A stretch of DNA of 63,059 nucleotides, filler included. It is 7 parts of 7 records of this genome, joined end to end, with 100 filler letters (N's around TTAATTAATTAA, not from the genome) between each part and the next. Parts side by side here need not be neighbours in the genome. Positions count along the whole stretch, not along the records: positions 7,465 to 23,812 come from SRR31156797_36549; positions 23,913 to 30,560 come from SRR31156797_36563; positions 30,661 to 40,795 come from SRR31156797_36570; 4 more parts are not named here. The stretch is one strand, 5' to 3'. Positions within the stretch are counted from its first letter, which is position 1. Each line of letters begins with the position of its first letter. Both the position numbers and the translations under genes were made by a program. The notes under the pieces are model-generated. The model was given only the letters and a program-made list of their open reading frames with translations. It was not told where the DNA came from and searched no databases. Below, piece by piece: positions 22,814-32,294 of the stretch.

Positions 22814-23582
22814 TACTGTAGCTGTGCCTAATTTGTCTGAGTTTCTGACTCTGACCAAAGTGGAACAAACATTGCGTTTAGCAGAAGTGAATGCGTATTT
22901 GGAAAGCTTAACCGCTCAACAACGAGTTCAATGGGCGTTTGATAACTTACCGGGCACGCATGCAGTATCTTCAAGCTTTGGTATTCAAGCTGCTCTAATG
23001 CTTCATTTGGTGTCGAGAATCAAAGCGGATGTCCCTGTTGTACTGACCGATACCGGCTATCTATTCCCTGAGACTTATCAATTTATTGATGAACTAACCA
23101 ACAAATTGAATTTGAACCTTCAAGTATTCAAACCGCAACTCTCGCCAGCTTGGCAAGAAGCCCGTTTCGGAAAACTGTGGGAACAAGGTATTGATGGTAT
23201 AGAAAGGTATAACCGTCTTAATAAAGTTGAGCCAATGCGTAAAGCATTAGATGAACTTTCCGTTGGAGTGTGGTTTTCGGGGCTACGTCGAGAGCAATCT
23301 CAATCGCGAGCAACATTACCAATACTTGCGATTCAAAATGGAGTGTTTAAGTTTCTTCCAGTAATTGATTGGACAAATAAAGATGTTCACTATTACCTAA
23401 AAGAAAACGACCTTCCTTATCACCCACTGTGGGAACAAGGTTACTTGTCGGTTGGAGATACTCATACGACACGTAAGTGGGAGCCAGGAATGGCAGAGGA
23501 AGAAACACGTTTCTTCGGTCTGAAGCGCGAGTGTGGCCTTCACGAAGACGATCCTGTAGAAAAAGACGGTTCTGGAATTTAG
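22806..23582 (+). CDS. cysH: PAPS reductase
   Basis: SSSFG, GYLSVGD, RECGLH; no 4Fe-4S cysteine pair. Confidence 0.96.
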   Translation: MPDTVAVPNLSEFLTLTKVEQTLRLAEVNAYLESLTAQQRVQWAFDNLPGTHAVSSSFGIQAALMLHLVSRIKADVPVVLTDTGYLFPETYQFIDELTNKLNLNLQVFKPQLSPAWQEARFGKLWEQGIDGIERYNRLNKVEPMRKALDELSVGVWFSGLRREQSQSRATLPILAIQNGVFKFLPVIDWTNKDVHYYLKENDLPYHPLWEQGYLSVGDTHTTRKWEPGMAEEETRFFGLKRECGLHEDDPVEKDGSGI

Positions 23583-23599
23583 TTTTACAACTAACAGAT

Positions 23600-23628
23600 T
23601 AAAAGCTGCGTCATGCAGCTTTTATTTT
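23600..23628 (+). terminator. Intrinsic terminator after cysH
   Basis: TAAAAGCTGC-GTCAT-GCAGCTTTTATTTT. Confidence 0.8.
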
Positions 23629-23744
23629 ATGTGTAATTTATAACCAGAATTAAATAACCCTGTGGATAACCTGTAACTAACTTTGGAGTAAAGTTGAATA
23701 AATAAGGCTTTGGTGATCTTTTCATCGCTTAAGCGTCATTTTTA

Positions 23745-23800
23745 TATTTTTTGCAAAAAAGTACTTGCCAGTGTGATTAAGATCTCTATAATGCCGCCTC
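23745..23800 (+). promoter_or_regulatory. Stable-RNA (rrn-type) promoter; the contig ends just downstream
   Basis: A/T-rich UP element, TTGCCA-16 nt-TATAAT, GC-rich discriminator GCCGCCTC; perfect DnaA box TGTGGATAA at 23661-23669 upstream. Confidence 0.75.
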
Positions 23801-23812
23801 ACTGACACGGCA

Positions 23813-23912
23813 NNNNNNNNNNNNNNNNNNNNNNNNNNNNNNNNNNNNNNNNNNNNTTAATTAATTAANNNNNNNNNNNNNNNNNNNNNNNNNNNNNNNN
23901 NNNNNNNNNNNN
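23813..23912. other. Artificial contig spacer
   Basis: N44-TTAATTAATTAA-N44. Confidence 0.98.
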
Positions 23913-24099
23913 CCGGCGAAGCCGGCACGATCCGAAAAGATGGATGGAATAATCTGTTACTTTTATACTTTTTCTGCATGCCGGTAATTGAAAATCGCAA
24001 TGCTTCCCATAAAACAGACAAGCTGTAATTATGACAGGTATGCACGATTGTATGAACCATTCAAATGAGGATTTTTAAAGAGCCATTCTTTCCATTTCC

Positions 24100-24146
24100 T
24101 TTATATATTAGTTTCACGTTAAACGATATAGTTTCACATGAAACTA
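24100..24146 (+). promoter_or_regulatory. Archaeal TATA box followed by a tandem palindromic operator (likely MarR)
   Basis: TTTATATA at 24100-24107; TAGTTTCACGTTAAACGA at 24109-24126; perfect palindrome TAGTTTCA-CA-TGAAACTA at 24129-24146. Confidence 0.7.
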
Positions 24147-24166
24147 ATGTATGTGGAGTGATCTTA

Positions 24167-24622
24167 GTGAGGCAATCTGAACGAATCGGTGCTAAAATAG
24201 CCTTTATTTTCTCACATAATCATCTTTACATTGAGGATGCACTGGAATCTTACAAGCTGAAAGGGCCGATGTTTGCTTTCTTACTTGTACTTTCACACAA
24301 AGGTGGGTGTTCCCAGGAAAGTCTTGCACGACACCTGAACCTGAGTAAAGCCACTGCAACAAGAGCCATTACTGGCCTTGAAAAAGAAGGTTACATCTAT
24401 CGTGAGAAGGACGAGGATGACAGGCGCATATACCGTGTATTTATTTCGGATAAGGGCAGGGAAATCATTCCTTTGATAAATGAGGTTCTCTATGAGTGGA
24501 ACCAGATTCTTCTCTCTGAATTCACAGAGGAAGAGGAAGCAATCTTCAGGAAACTGCTGGACAAAGGCAGGAATACCCTTATGGAATTTGACAGAAAGTC
24601 CGGGGACAAGAGAACAAAGTAG
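24167..24622 (+). CDS. MarR-family transcriptional regulator
   Basis: SQESLARHLNLSKATATRAITGLEKEGYI...DRR; GTG at 24167 follows GGAGTG. Confidence 0.88.
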   Translation: MRQSERIGAKIAFIFSHNHLYIEDALESYKLKGPMFAFLLVLSHKGGCSQESLARHLNLSKATATRAITGLEKEGYIYREKDEDDRRIYRVFISDKGREIIPLINEVLYEWNQILLSEFTEEEEAIFRKLLDKGRNTLMEFDRKSGDKRTK

Positions 24623-24644
24623 TGCCTGAGAGCAGGAAATCGTT

Positions 24645-26006
24645 ATGGATAACAAAAGTGAATTTTTAGGTACTGAAAGTATCAACAAGCTATTATGGAA
24701 ACTGTCCACACCTGCAATAATAGGACTTCTTGTACACGCATTCTACAATCTGGTGGACACATTCTTTGTGGGAAGGGCACTGGGTGAGCAGAGTGTTCTG
24801 GGAATTGCAGGAGTGGCTGTAGCTTTTCCTTTGCAGATGCTCATGATGGCTATATCGATTGGTATAGGCGTTGGCGGTTCCTCTGTAATCTCCAGAATGC
24901 TTGGTTCAGGAGATGAGAAGAAAGCTGAAAAGACACTTGGAAATGTCTTTACTTATACTCTGGTACTGAGTGTCATTTTCCAGATCCTATTTTTCCTGAA
25001 TATGGACACAGTACTGAACCTCTTCGGTGCAACTGCAGATAATCTGGTCTATGCAGAGGAATACGCTGTTGTGATACTGCAGGGAACACTTGCATTCACC
25101 TTTGGTTTCGTACTGAATAATCTCGTAAGGGCAGAAGGCAATTCTAAAGTTGCCATGAACAACATGGTCTTTTCAGGCATACTGAATATTTTCCTTGATG
25201 CTATCCTTATGTTCGGGTTTGGAATGGGAGTGAAAGGTGCGGCTCTTGCCACTGTACTTGCACAACTGGCAGGTACGATATACCTTTTACACTACTACCT
25301 GAAAGGTAAAAGTCCTCTCAAACTGGAACTGGCAAATCTCGCCCCAAAATTCAGCCTGATTAAAGAAATAACTGTGATTGGATTCGGCTCATTTGTGATG
25401 GGAGCATCCAACAGTTTCATGTTGCTTGTGCTAAACAACGTGCTTAACGTCTATGGAGGAGATCTTTCGATAGCTGTGTTCGGTGTTGCTATCAAATTGA
25501 TCATGATGATACTCATGCCTATCATAGGTATATCCCACGGACTTCAGCCCATAGTCGGGTATAATTATGGAGCAGAGAAATATGCGAGGGTGAACGAGTC
25601 TGTCAGGGCTTCGCTGATTATCACCACCCTATTCGGCCTGGGTGGTCTTATCCTGCTGTCTGTATTCCCTGGTACATTCTTCAGCATGTTTAGCACTGAT
25701 GCTGACCTTATCAGCAGTGGAGCATCAGCCCTCAGAATAATGGTACTGGCAAGTCCATTGATAGGTCTGAACGTAATCGGGACAACATTTTTCCAGTCGG
25801 TAGGCAAAGCAAGACCATCTTTCTTCCTTTCAATGTGCCGCCAGATATTATTCCTGATCCCTCTGGTAATCCTTCTGCCTCATTACTTCGATCTTACGGG
25901 AGTATGGATAGCATTCCCAATAGCAGACATGATGGCTGCTCTTCTGAGCTTGTTCCTTGTGTGGAAGGAATACAAATATTTCCAGAACAGAAGTAGCAGT
26001 GAATGA
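24645..26006 (+). CDS. MATE-family efflux transporter (MepA-like)
   Basis: YNLVDTFFVG, GVKGAALAT, QPIVGYNYGA; about 12 TM segments. Confidence 0.92.
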   Translation: MDNKSEFLGTESINKLLWKLSTPAIIGLLVHAFYNLVDTFFVGRALGEQSVLGIAGVAVAFPLQMLMMAISIGIGVGGSSVISRMLGSGDEKKAEKTLGNVFTYTLVLSVIFQILFFLNMDTVLNLFGATADNLVYAEEYAVVILQGTLAFTFGFVLNNLVRAEGNSKVAMNNMVFSGILNIFLDAILMFGFGMGVKGAALATVLAQLAGTIYLLHYYLKGKSPLKLELANLAPKFSLIKEITVIGFGSFVMGASNSFMLLVLNNVLNVYGGDLSIAVFGVAIKLIMMILMPIIGISHGLQPIVGYNYGAEKYARVNESVRASLIITTLFGLGGLILLSVFPGTFFSMFSTDADLISSGASALRIMVLASPLIGLNVIGTTFFQSVGKARPSFFLSMCRQILFLIPLVILLPHYFDLTGVWIAFPIADMMAALLSLFLVWKEYKYFQNRSSSE

Positions 26007-26037
26007 GCTTCCTGCTTTTTTTATTTCACGACAACTA

Positions 26038-26045
26038 TTTATAAT
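26038..26045 (+). promoter_or_regulatory. Putative TATA box of the Rieske operon
   Basis: TTTATAAT about 30 nt upstream of ATG 26077; a T7 tract at 26016-26022 follows the MATE gene. Confidence 0.5.
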
Positions 26046-26076
26046 TTTGAACCCCTGATTATTATGGGAGTTTAAA

Positions 26077-26391
26077 ATGTCGGAAAAGTCCTGGTACTAT
26101 GCATTAAAGGAAGCTGACTTGAAAGAAGGCAGTATGGAGTTTGCCAGAGTGAAAGGAACACCTGTGCTTCTGTTAAGGAAGAATGGAGTAATATACACTC
26201 TTTTTGGCAAATGCAAACATATGGGTTGTCGCCTTTCAAAAGGAACATTCAGTGGTGAGTTCATATTGAAATGTCCATGCCATGGCTGGGAATATGACAT
26301 CAGATCCGGGGAATATCAGGGTGATGGGGATGAGGTCCTTGATATGTATGAGAACAAGGTGGAAGACGGAGATATACTTGTCCTTTTGTGA
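26077..26391 (+). CDS. Small soluble Rieske [2Fe-2S] protein 1
   Basis: CKHMGC...CPCHGW. Confidence 0.9.
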   Translation: MSEKSWYYALKEADLKEGSMEFARVKGTPVLLLRKNGVIYTLFGKCKHMGCRLSKGTFSGEFILKCPCHGWEYDIRSGEYQGDGDEVLDMYENKVEDGDILVLL

Positions 26392-26422
26392 ACATTGCTA
26401 TTGAAAGGGAGAAATATGGCCT

Positions 26423-26728
26423 ATGAGCTCATGGACTATCGCTGCAGATGACAATGAAGTCAAAGAAGGCAAAATCAAACCTATTGAGGTAGGGGATAAA
26501 AGATTAATTCTTATCCGCATAGATGGGGAGATATTTGCCCTTGAGAACCGCTGTCCACACATGAATTGTCCGCTTCAGGGTGGTATTATTCAGGATTACT
26601 CCATTAAATGTCCATGCCACAGCTGGACTTTTGATATTCGAACAGGAGCTTATGTAGCATCCGATAGGATTAAAGTTGACGTATATGAAACAAAGATAAA
26701 GGACGGGAAAATCTCCGTTCTGGCATGA
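26423..26728 (+). CDS. Small soluble Rieske [2Fe-2S] protein 2
   Basis: CPHMNC...CPCHSW. Confidence 0.9.
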   Translation: MSSWTIAADDNEVKEGKIKPIEVGDKRLILIRIDGEIFALENRCPHMNCPLQGGIIQDYSIKCPCHSWTFDIRTGAYVASDRIKVDVYETKIKDGKISVLA

Positions 26729-26748
26729 TGTTAAGCAGGAATGTAGCT

Positions 26749-27090
26749 ATGAACAAGGAAAACAACTGGATACTGGCAATAAAAGAAGATGAACTTCTCG
26801 AAGGTGAGAAAAAAGCATTGCTACTTGAAGGTAACAAAGTACTTTTGCTGAAAAAAGATGGCACCCTTTTTGCCATGTCCAATAAGTGTCCTCATATGGA
26901 ATGTCCGCTATCAAAAGGAACACTGGAACAGTATGTATTGAAATGTCCATGCCATGACTGGAGATTTGATATACGCAGTGGTGAATTCCTGGATGCAAAG
27001 GAGATAAAAGTTCCCATCTATGAGACAAAAGTCACGGATGGAAGTATTTATGTAAGTATAAAAGCAGAAGTGGAGGGTTCAGGCGAATGA
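26749..27090 (+). CDS. Small soluble Rieske [2Fe-2S] protein 3
   Basis: CPHMEC...CPCHDW; AGGA RBS before ATG 26749. Confidence 0.9.
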   Translation: MNKENNWILAIKEDELLEGEKKALLLEGNKVLLLKKDGTLFAMSNKCPHMECPLSKGTLEQYVLKCPCHDWRFDIRSGEFLDAKEIKVPIYETKVTDGSIYVSIKAEVEGSGE

Positions 27091-27335
27091 AGAAAGTAGT
27101 TATGTACACCCTCAGCACCTGTCCCTGGTGTATGAGGGCTAAGAAGTTCTTCAGGGAACATGATGTTCCTTTTGAGTATACTGATTATGACAAGGCCGAC
27201 GATGCTACGAAAAAGGCCATACGTGAGGACTGTAAGGCACATGGTTCGGAGATGTCATTCCCGTTCGTACTTATCGATGATGATGTAGTTGTGGGCTACA
27301 ATCCTGATAAATATGCAAGACTTCTGGAGCTGTGA
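27087..27335 (+). CDS. Glutaredoxin/NrdH-like redoxin (methanoredoxin-like)
   Basis: YTLSTCPWC active site; SFP cis-Pro motif; ATGA overlap with the upstream gene. Confidence 0.88.
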   Translation: MKKVVMYTLSTCPWCMRAKKFFREHDVPFEYTDYDKADDATKKAIREDCKAHGSEMSFPFVLIDDDVVVGYNPDKYARLLEL

Positions 27336-27341
27336 TGAAAA

Positions 27342-27683
27342 GTGGACGCTGAAAAAAGGAAAGAGAAGCTTAGGTCAATGTTTGCAAAGGTAGTGGATCC
27401 CCTGGGTTACAAGTTCAGTACTGATGCGGAATTAGTGGATTTTCTACTTGAACAGGAAGTTAATATCGAAAAGGAGAAAGGTCATCCTTTCTGCCCATGC
27501 CAGGGTCTCACAGATGAAAGAGATCACGATATGAAACTTGTCTGTCCATGCATACCGTTTCACAGGGAACATTATGATTCTATGAAACGTTGCTGGTGTG
27601 GTATGTATGTGCATAAGGATATCGATGACCCTGACAGTCTCATGCAGATATCCTTGCAGGAATTCCTTGAATCGAAAAAATAG
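27342..27683 (+). CDS. Ferredoxin:thioredoxin reductase catalytic subunit-like protein
   Basis: CPC-x14-CPC-x13-CWCG-x-Y, the FTR beta-chain cysteine pattern. Confidence 0.85.
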   Translation: MDAEKRKEKLRSMFAKVVDPLGYKFSTDAELVDFLLEQEVNIEKEKGHPFCPCQGLTDERDHDMKLVCPCIPFHREHYDSMKRCWCGMYVHKDIDDPDSLMQISLQEFLESKK

Positions 27684-27695
27684 GGAGTGGTTTCT

Positions 27696-28277
27696 ATGGG
27701 AGTGGAAGAAAATTGTGTAATTGAAAATATAAAGACGCGGAGAAGTGTTCGGGAGTATACGGAAAAGGAAGTAAGTGAAGACGACATCAAAACAATAATT
27801 GATGCTGGCATTCATGCCCCTTCCGGCTTTGACAGCCAGCCATGGTTCTTTGTGGTCGTTAAGAACCGTGAGATGATGAAAAGAATGTCAGATCACTGTA
27901 AACCACGCTTGCTTGCCATGCTGGAGGAAGCTACCAATGATGCTGCCGTGGAGTTTAAGAAGGAACTTGAAAAGGATGAGTTCCATATATTCTACGATGC
28001 ACCTATCCTTGTAATAGTCCTTGGCAACAATGCAGATGCGACCGTTGACTACGACTGTGCACTATGTGCCGAGAACATGATGCTTGCAGCTCATTCAATG
28101 GGAATCGGAAGCTGCTGGATAGGAACCGGATGTTTTATTCAGGATAACCCTGAGATACTGGAAGAGCTTGGTATAACGCCTGATTACAGGGTCATTGCTC
28201 CTATTGTGTTCGGATATCCGGTAAAAGAGCCTGAAGAGATACCCAAGAAGGAACCTGAGGTCGTGTGGGTAGATTAG
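27696..28277 (+). CDS. Nitroreductase family flavoprotein
   Basis: RRSVREY, APSGFDSQPW, ENMMLAAHSMGIGSCWIG, FGYP. Confidence 0.92.
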   Translation: MGVEENCVIENIKTRRSVREYTEKEVSEDDIKTIIDAGIHAPSGFDSQPWFFVVVKNREMMKRMSDHCKPRLLAMLEEATNDAAVEFKKELEKDEFHIFYDAPILVIVLGNNADATVDYDCALCAENMMLAAHSMGIGSCWIGTGCFIQDNPEILEELGITPDYRVIAPIVFGYPVKEPEEIPKKEPEVVWVD

Positions 28278-28388
28278 AAATAAAAACGAAAATAAAGGCC
28301 CTAACGCTTAATAAATTAAAAGAGACGCAGGGTACTCATATTTTGATCCTGCGTCAAATATTAAAATTACACGTTCTTTGTTTTATCC

Positions 28389-29804
28389 TCAGGCTTCTGC
28401 GGAGTGAAAGCTATTCTCGCCGAGCGGAACATAGCTTTCCGGTTCAGACCATTTCGCAGCCAGATGAGTTTCCTCAACTTCCAGGATAGTATTGGTTATC
28501 CTGTCTAGCATGCGCATTGCTCCCTTGTAACCAATTGTCAGAAGTCTCTGGGCACCTACACGATCGTGTATTGGGAACCCGAATCTGATCAATGGTATAT
28601 TCATTTCCTTTGCGATGTACTTTCCATTGGAATTTCCAATGAGTATCTGAGGCTTTGCCTTCTGGACAGCATCGTTGAATGTGTCGAAGTCAACATCCTC
28701 AAGGATGGTAACATCACAGTCCGGCTTTACCTGCTTCACCCTTTCCATGGCCTGTTCTGCAAATCTGGGAGACTTGCTGGAAGCAACCACCAAAATCGGA
28801 TGCATGCCGTTCTCAAGTACAAGTGACAGCATACCGAGTACGTTGTTAGGGTCACCGTAGATGGCCACCTTTGTTCCGTACACATACTTATGCGAGTCAA
28901 CCATGGCATCAATCAGCCTGCCTCTTTCCTTCTGGAATTCATCGGGGATCTCTGCCCCGGAGATATTGGATAATGCGGCCAAAACCCTGTCAGTATATTC
29001 AAGTCCTATCGGGAGGGGCAGGTTCTGTGAAGGGATGTCAAATGTCTGCTCAAGGTAATTGACCGCTTTGTTGTCATTTGTAATGCCGAATCCGATAGAT
29101 GCAGCACTGTTCTTCATGTCTGAGATATCGGCATGTGTCGTTCCTCCAGGTGGTATCTTGTGAAGATCACCTGTCATAGGTGCATCAAATGTCTCAGATA
29201 TGTCTGGTAAAAGTATGGAGGAATTATTTCCTACGATACTGTTGAATATATGCTTGAGCTCCCTTGTGTCCTCAGGCGAGACATTCTCTGAAAGAATGAC
29301 ATTCAGCTTGTTGTTGAATATCTCCTTCTTTGAATCATCCAGTGTAAAGGTCTTAACAATCGCCTCAACAGCCTTGATGTATCCGCTGTTGTGACTTTCC
29401 TCGTAGCTTGGGGTTGGTACAGGAATGATGATCCTTTCGTCACCAACGTCTTCTTCTTCCCTGAACTCTGCGATGATACGAGTGATATCGTCTCCGATGG
29501 TCTCGGCAAGACATGTAGTTGAAACACCGATGACCTTCGGGTTGTAACGTGATATTAAATTCTTGAGTCCCTTCTTCAGGTTCTCACTTCCACCGTACAC
29601 AGCTCCCTTTTCACTGAGTGAGCTTGATCCGATGTCCACAGGTTCCCTGAAATGGTGTGCAAGGTGCAGTCTCATATATGTACTGCAACCCTGTGAACCA
29701 TGTAAAAGGACCATTGAATCCTCTATTCCCTTAAAAGCCATTACACTGCCAATTGGCTGGCACATGATACATGGATTGACCGTAGTGTAGTTGCGTTCGC
29801 TCAT
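28389..29804 (-). CDS. nifN: Nitrogenase cofactor scaffold protein NifN
   Basis: NPCIMCQPIG, HGSQGCSTY..HFREP, GFPIHDRVG; downstream of nifE. Confidence 0.85.
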   Translation of the reverse strand: MSERNYTTVNPCIMCQPIGSVMAFKGIEDSMVLLHGSQGCSTYMRLHLAHHFREPVDIGSSSLSEKGAVYGGSENLKKGLKNLISRYNPKVIGVSTTCLAETIGDDITRIIAEFREEEDVGDERIIIPVPTPSYEESHNSGYIKAVEAIVKTFTLDDSKKEIFNNKLNVILSENVSPEDTRELKHIFNSIVGNNSSILLPDISETFDAPMTGDLHKIPPGGTTHADISDMKNSAASIGFGITNDNKAVNYLEQTFDIPSQNLPLPIGLEYTDRVLAALSNISGAEIPDEFQKERGRLIDAMVDSHKYVYGTKVAIYGDPNNVLGMLSLVLENGMHPILVVASSKSPRFAEQAMERVKQVKPDCDVTILEDVDFDTFNDAVQKAKPQILIGNSNGKYIAKEMNIPLIRFGFPIHDRVGAQRLLTIGYKGAMRMLDRITNTILEVEETHLAAKWSEPESYVPLGENSFHSAEA

Positions 29805-30560
29805 GCTACAGACTCCTCCTGTTGTAATGTAATGGGATCGATCTTTTGCATACTTCTCTCCCCTGTTATCTTATTGGACATCTTTTGACTTTCTTCAGTT
29901 CCACAGCCCTTGTTTGCCCCGCTGCTTCCTGAGTATGAGTCCTCTATCTTACTACCAACGTACTTCCATACAGGACTATTTACCGAAGTATCAAGTTCCC
30001 TTGCAAAGTTCAGGAATCCATCGTAGCCTTCGAATTCAATTGTCCTGTCGTGGTTAAAATCACAGAAAGAAACACCAAGCTTGTAAGCCAGGAACCTTTC
30101 CTTGACACCTGCTACCATAAGGTCTGCCTTCTGATTTCTAAGAAGGTCTGCAAGTTCCAGAGGATTTGCATCATCTACAATGACAGTTCCATCCTTTACC
30201 TGATAACTAATCTGCTTGTAGTCATCACGCTTTCCTGTTTGTGTTCCTATTATAACAACTTCCATACCGAGTTCTCGGAAGCCCTTTATCAATGTAAGTG
30301 CTTTGGCTGCCCCGCCCATGTAAATTGCTGCAGTCTTCCCTTCAAGCCTGCTTCTTATGGCCTGTATCTCAGGCATTATTCTCTTTGTTTCCTGCTCGAT
30401 TATCTCTTCTGCTATGTTCATCATCTCTTCTGAACCGAAGAATTCAGCAGTTGTTCTCAGTGCAATTGCAAGATCCTCAATTCCAAAGTAGCTGACCTTC
30501 TTGAAAGGAATTCCAAATTCCTTCTTCATCCACTTTGCAAGATATGTCATGGACCCTGAA
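29801..30560 (-). CDS. nifE: Nitrogenase cofactor scaffold protein NifE (5' truncated)
   Basis: GGAAKA, DDAN, AGVKERFLAYKLG, CDFNHDR, SPVW. Confidence 0.85.
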
Positions 30561-30660
30561 NNNNNNNNNNNNNNNNNNNNNNNNNNNNNNNNNNNNNNNN
30601 NNNNTTAATTAATTAANNNNNNNNNNNNNNNNNNNNNNNNNNNNNNNNNNNNNNNNNNNN
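30561..30660. other. Artificial contig spacer
   Basis: N44-TTAATTAATTAA-N44. Confidence 0.98.
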
Positions 30661-30824
30661 ATACCAAATGCTGGCAGAGTTCTCTTTGAATAAGTTCTGA
30701 CAACTGTCTGTCCGGTAATCTCGCCGAGAATGTTTTCAGCATCTACAAGGTGCTGACCACTTTCTCCGACACCCATGTGAACAACTACCTTTTCTACGAC
30801 AGGTGCTCTCATTGGATTACTCAA
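30661..30824 (-). CDS. rpl5: 50S ribosomal protein uL5 (3' truncated)
   Basis: [18 protein letters not shown]. Confidence 0.93.
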
Positions 30825-31527
30825 CTACCTCACCACCTAGTTTAATTTCGGGTTCATTCTCGCCTATGACGACAACGAATTCCTCGATGGTTTCGAACTC
30901 ATAATCACCGGTAATTGATACGGTGTTGTGCTTGGAACTCTTCACAGTATTGATCTCTTTAATAGTACCAATCTCACCGGTGTGTTTTCCACCAACGATC
31001 ATAGCAAGATTACCTACCTCATATTTGATATGCTTGACAACTTCCTTGCCAGGCATTGTAAGGATGAGTGAATCTTTTGTCTTGTAATCATTGGAACCAA
31101 TAAGGTTTGTACCATCATTAAGATTGAGCTGTACTGCTCCACCTTTCATAATTGTCTTGCCGTTGATCCTGCAAAGCTTGTTTGCATTTACATCATCCAG
31201 CTTATGAACTTCAAGTCTTCCCTTACGATCCAGCAGCATACGGTATGCCACATTCTCAAGAGGGATAGTAATTACATCTAAAAGACCTACAGGGAACCTG
31301 AGATCCTTTCTAACAATACCATCAACAAGTATGCTTCCTTCTGAAAGAACGCGCTTTGCTTCTGCGCGGGTGTCTACAATACCCAGCATGTCCCTGAGGA
31401 CTACACCCAGAGGGATGCTCTGCTGTTTGTCATGTGGACCCGGTCTTGTTGATGTGATCCATTTATTGGATTTCTTTGATATCTGCCAGCTGTTTGGGAC
31501 AGATATTCTTTTCTGATGTTTGCCCAC
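30817..31527 (-). CDS. rps4e: 30S ribosomal protein eS4
   Basis: MGKHQKR...PGPH...FPVGLLDVI. Confidence 0.96.
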   Translation of the reverse strand: MGKHQKRISVPNSWQISKKSNKWITSTRPGPHDKQQSIPLGVVLRDMLGIVDTRAEAKRVLSEGSILVDGIVRKDLRFPVGLLDVITIPLENVAYRMLLDRKGRLEVHKLDDVNANKLCRINGKTIMKGGAVQLNLNDGTNLIGSNDYKTKDSLILTMPGKEVVKHIKYEVGNLAMIVGGKHTGEIGTIKEINTVKSSKHNTVSITGDYEFETIEEFVVVIGENEPEIKLGGEVVE

Positions 31528-31531
31528 AAAA

Positions 31532-31885
31532 TCACCTGTTACTGATAACTTCTTCTCTGCGTTTGTCCTTCATTTCAAGGGATGTGATCATCACATTTGA
31601 AGGGTATACAGGTCTTGCAACCTCGGTCCCGTCTGCTTTTGAGACAGTCACGCCTTCTACAACGATCGTTCCGTGCTTAAGGGAAATTGCTTCCACTATA
31701 CCGGAAGTCCCTGCATGGTCACCACGCATAAGTTTTACTGTGTCGCCAACGACAACGCTGGCACTGCGGCAACCGTATTTGTCACGGAGATCCTTTGAAA
31801 GAGGGGCTCCCATGTACTTCTGTTTGATGTGAAGAGGAGCTGTATATCTTGCTTTCCTCTGTTTTCTTGGCTGATTTGATACCAT
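31532..31885 (-). CDS. rpl24: 50S ribosomal protein uL24
   Basis: [17 protein letters not shown]. Confidence 0.96.
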   Translation of the reverse strand: MVSNQPRKQRKARYTAPLHIKQKYMGAPLSKDLRDKYGCRSASVVVGDTVKLMRGDHAGTSGIVEAISLKHGTIVVEGVTVSKADGTEVARPVYPSNVMITSLEMKDKRREEVISNR

Positions 31886-31895
31886 TTTTCACACC

Positions 31896-32294
31896 TCACA
31901 TTACCATAGATGCAGTTGTACCGATCTTTGGGTACCTTTCTGCTGCTTCCCTTGCAACCGGACCTTTAAAGTCAGTTCCCTTTGGGATACCATCCTTATC
32001 GACAATAACAACAGCATTGTCCTCGAAGGATACCCTCAGGCCATCTGGACGACGGAATTCCTGCTTTTGTCGAACTATCACTGCAAGAAGAATCTGCTTA
32101 CGCATCTCCGGAGTTCCTTTCTTCACGGAGACGACGCACATGTTACCGATACCAGCCCTTGGGTGTCTGTTCTTTACACCTCTGTAGCCCTTTACGGAGA
32201 TAATCTCAACTACACGTGCACCTGTATTGTCCACACAGTCGATCTTAGCACCAGCGTTAAGTGCACGTGGAACGGTGGATCTTATTCCCCTCAT
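31896..32294 (-). CDS. rpl14: 50S ribosomal protein uL14
   Basis: DNTGAR, FEDNAVV. Confidence 0.97.
   Translation of the reverse strand: MRGIRSTVPRALNAGAKIDCVDNTGARVVEIISVKGYRGVKNRHPRAGIGNMCVVSVKKGTPEMRKQILLAVIVRQKQEFRRPDGLRVSFEDNAVVIVDKDGIPKGTDFKGPVAREAAERYPKIGTTASMVM

Noticed and set aside
23913-23926. CCGGCGAAGCCGGC hairpin at the contig start as a REP/MITE end
   Set aside because: Single copy and truncated; cannot be supported from this window.
24620-24622. MarR TAG read-through into the MATE gene
   Set aside because: Read-through hits TAA after nine codons and is out of frame with MATE.
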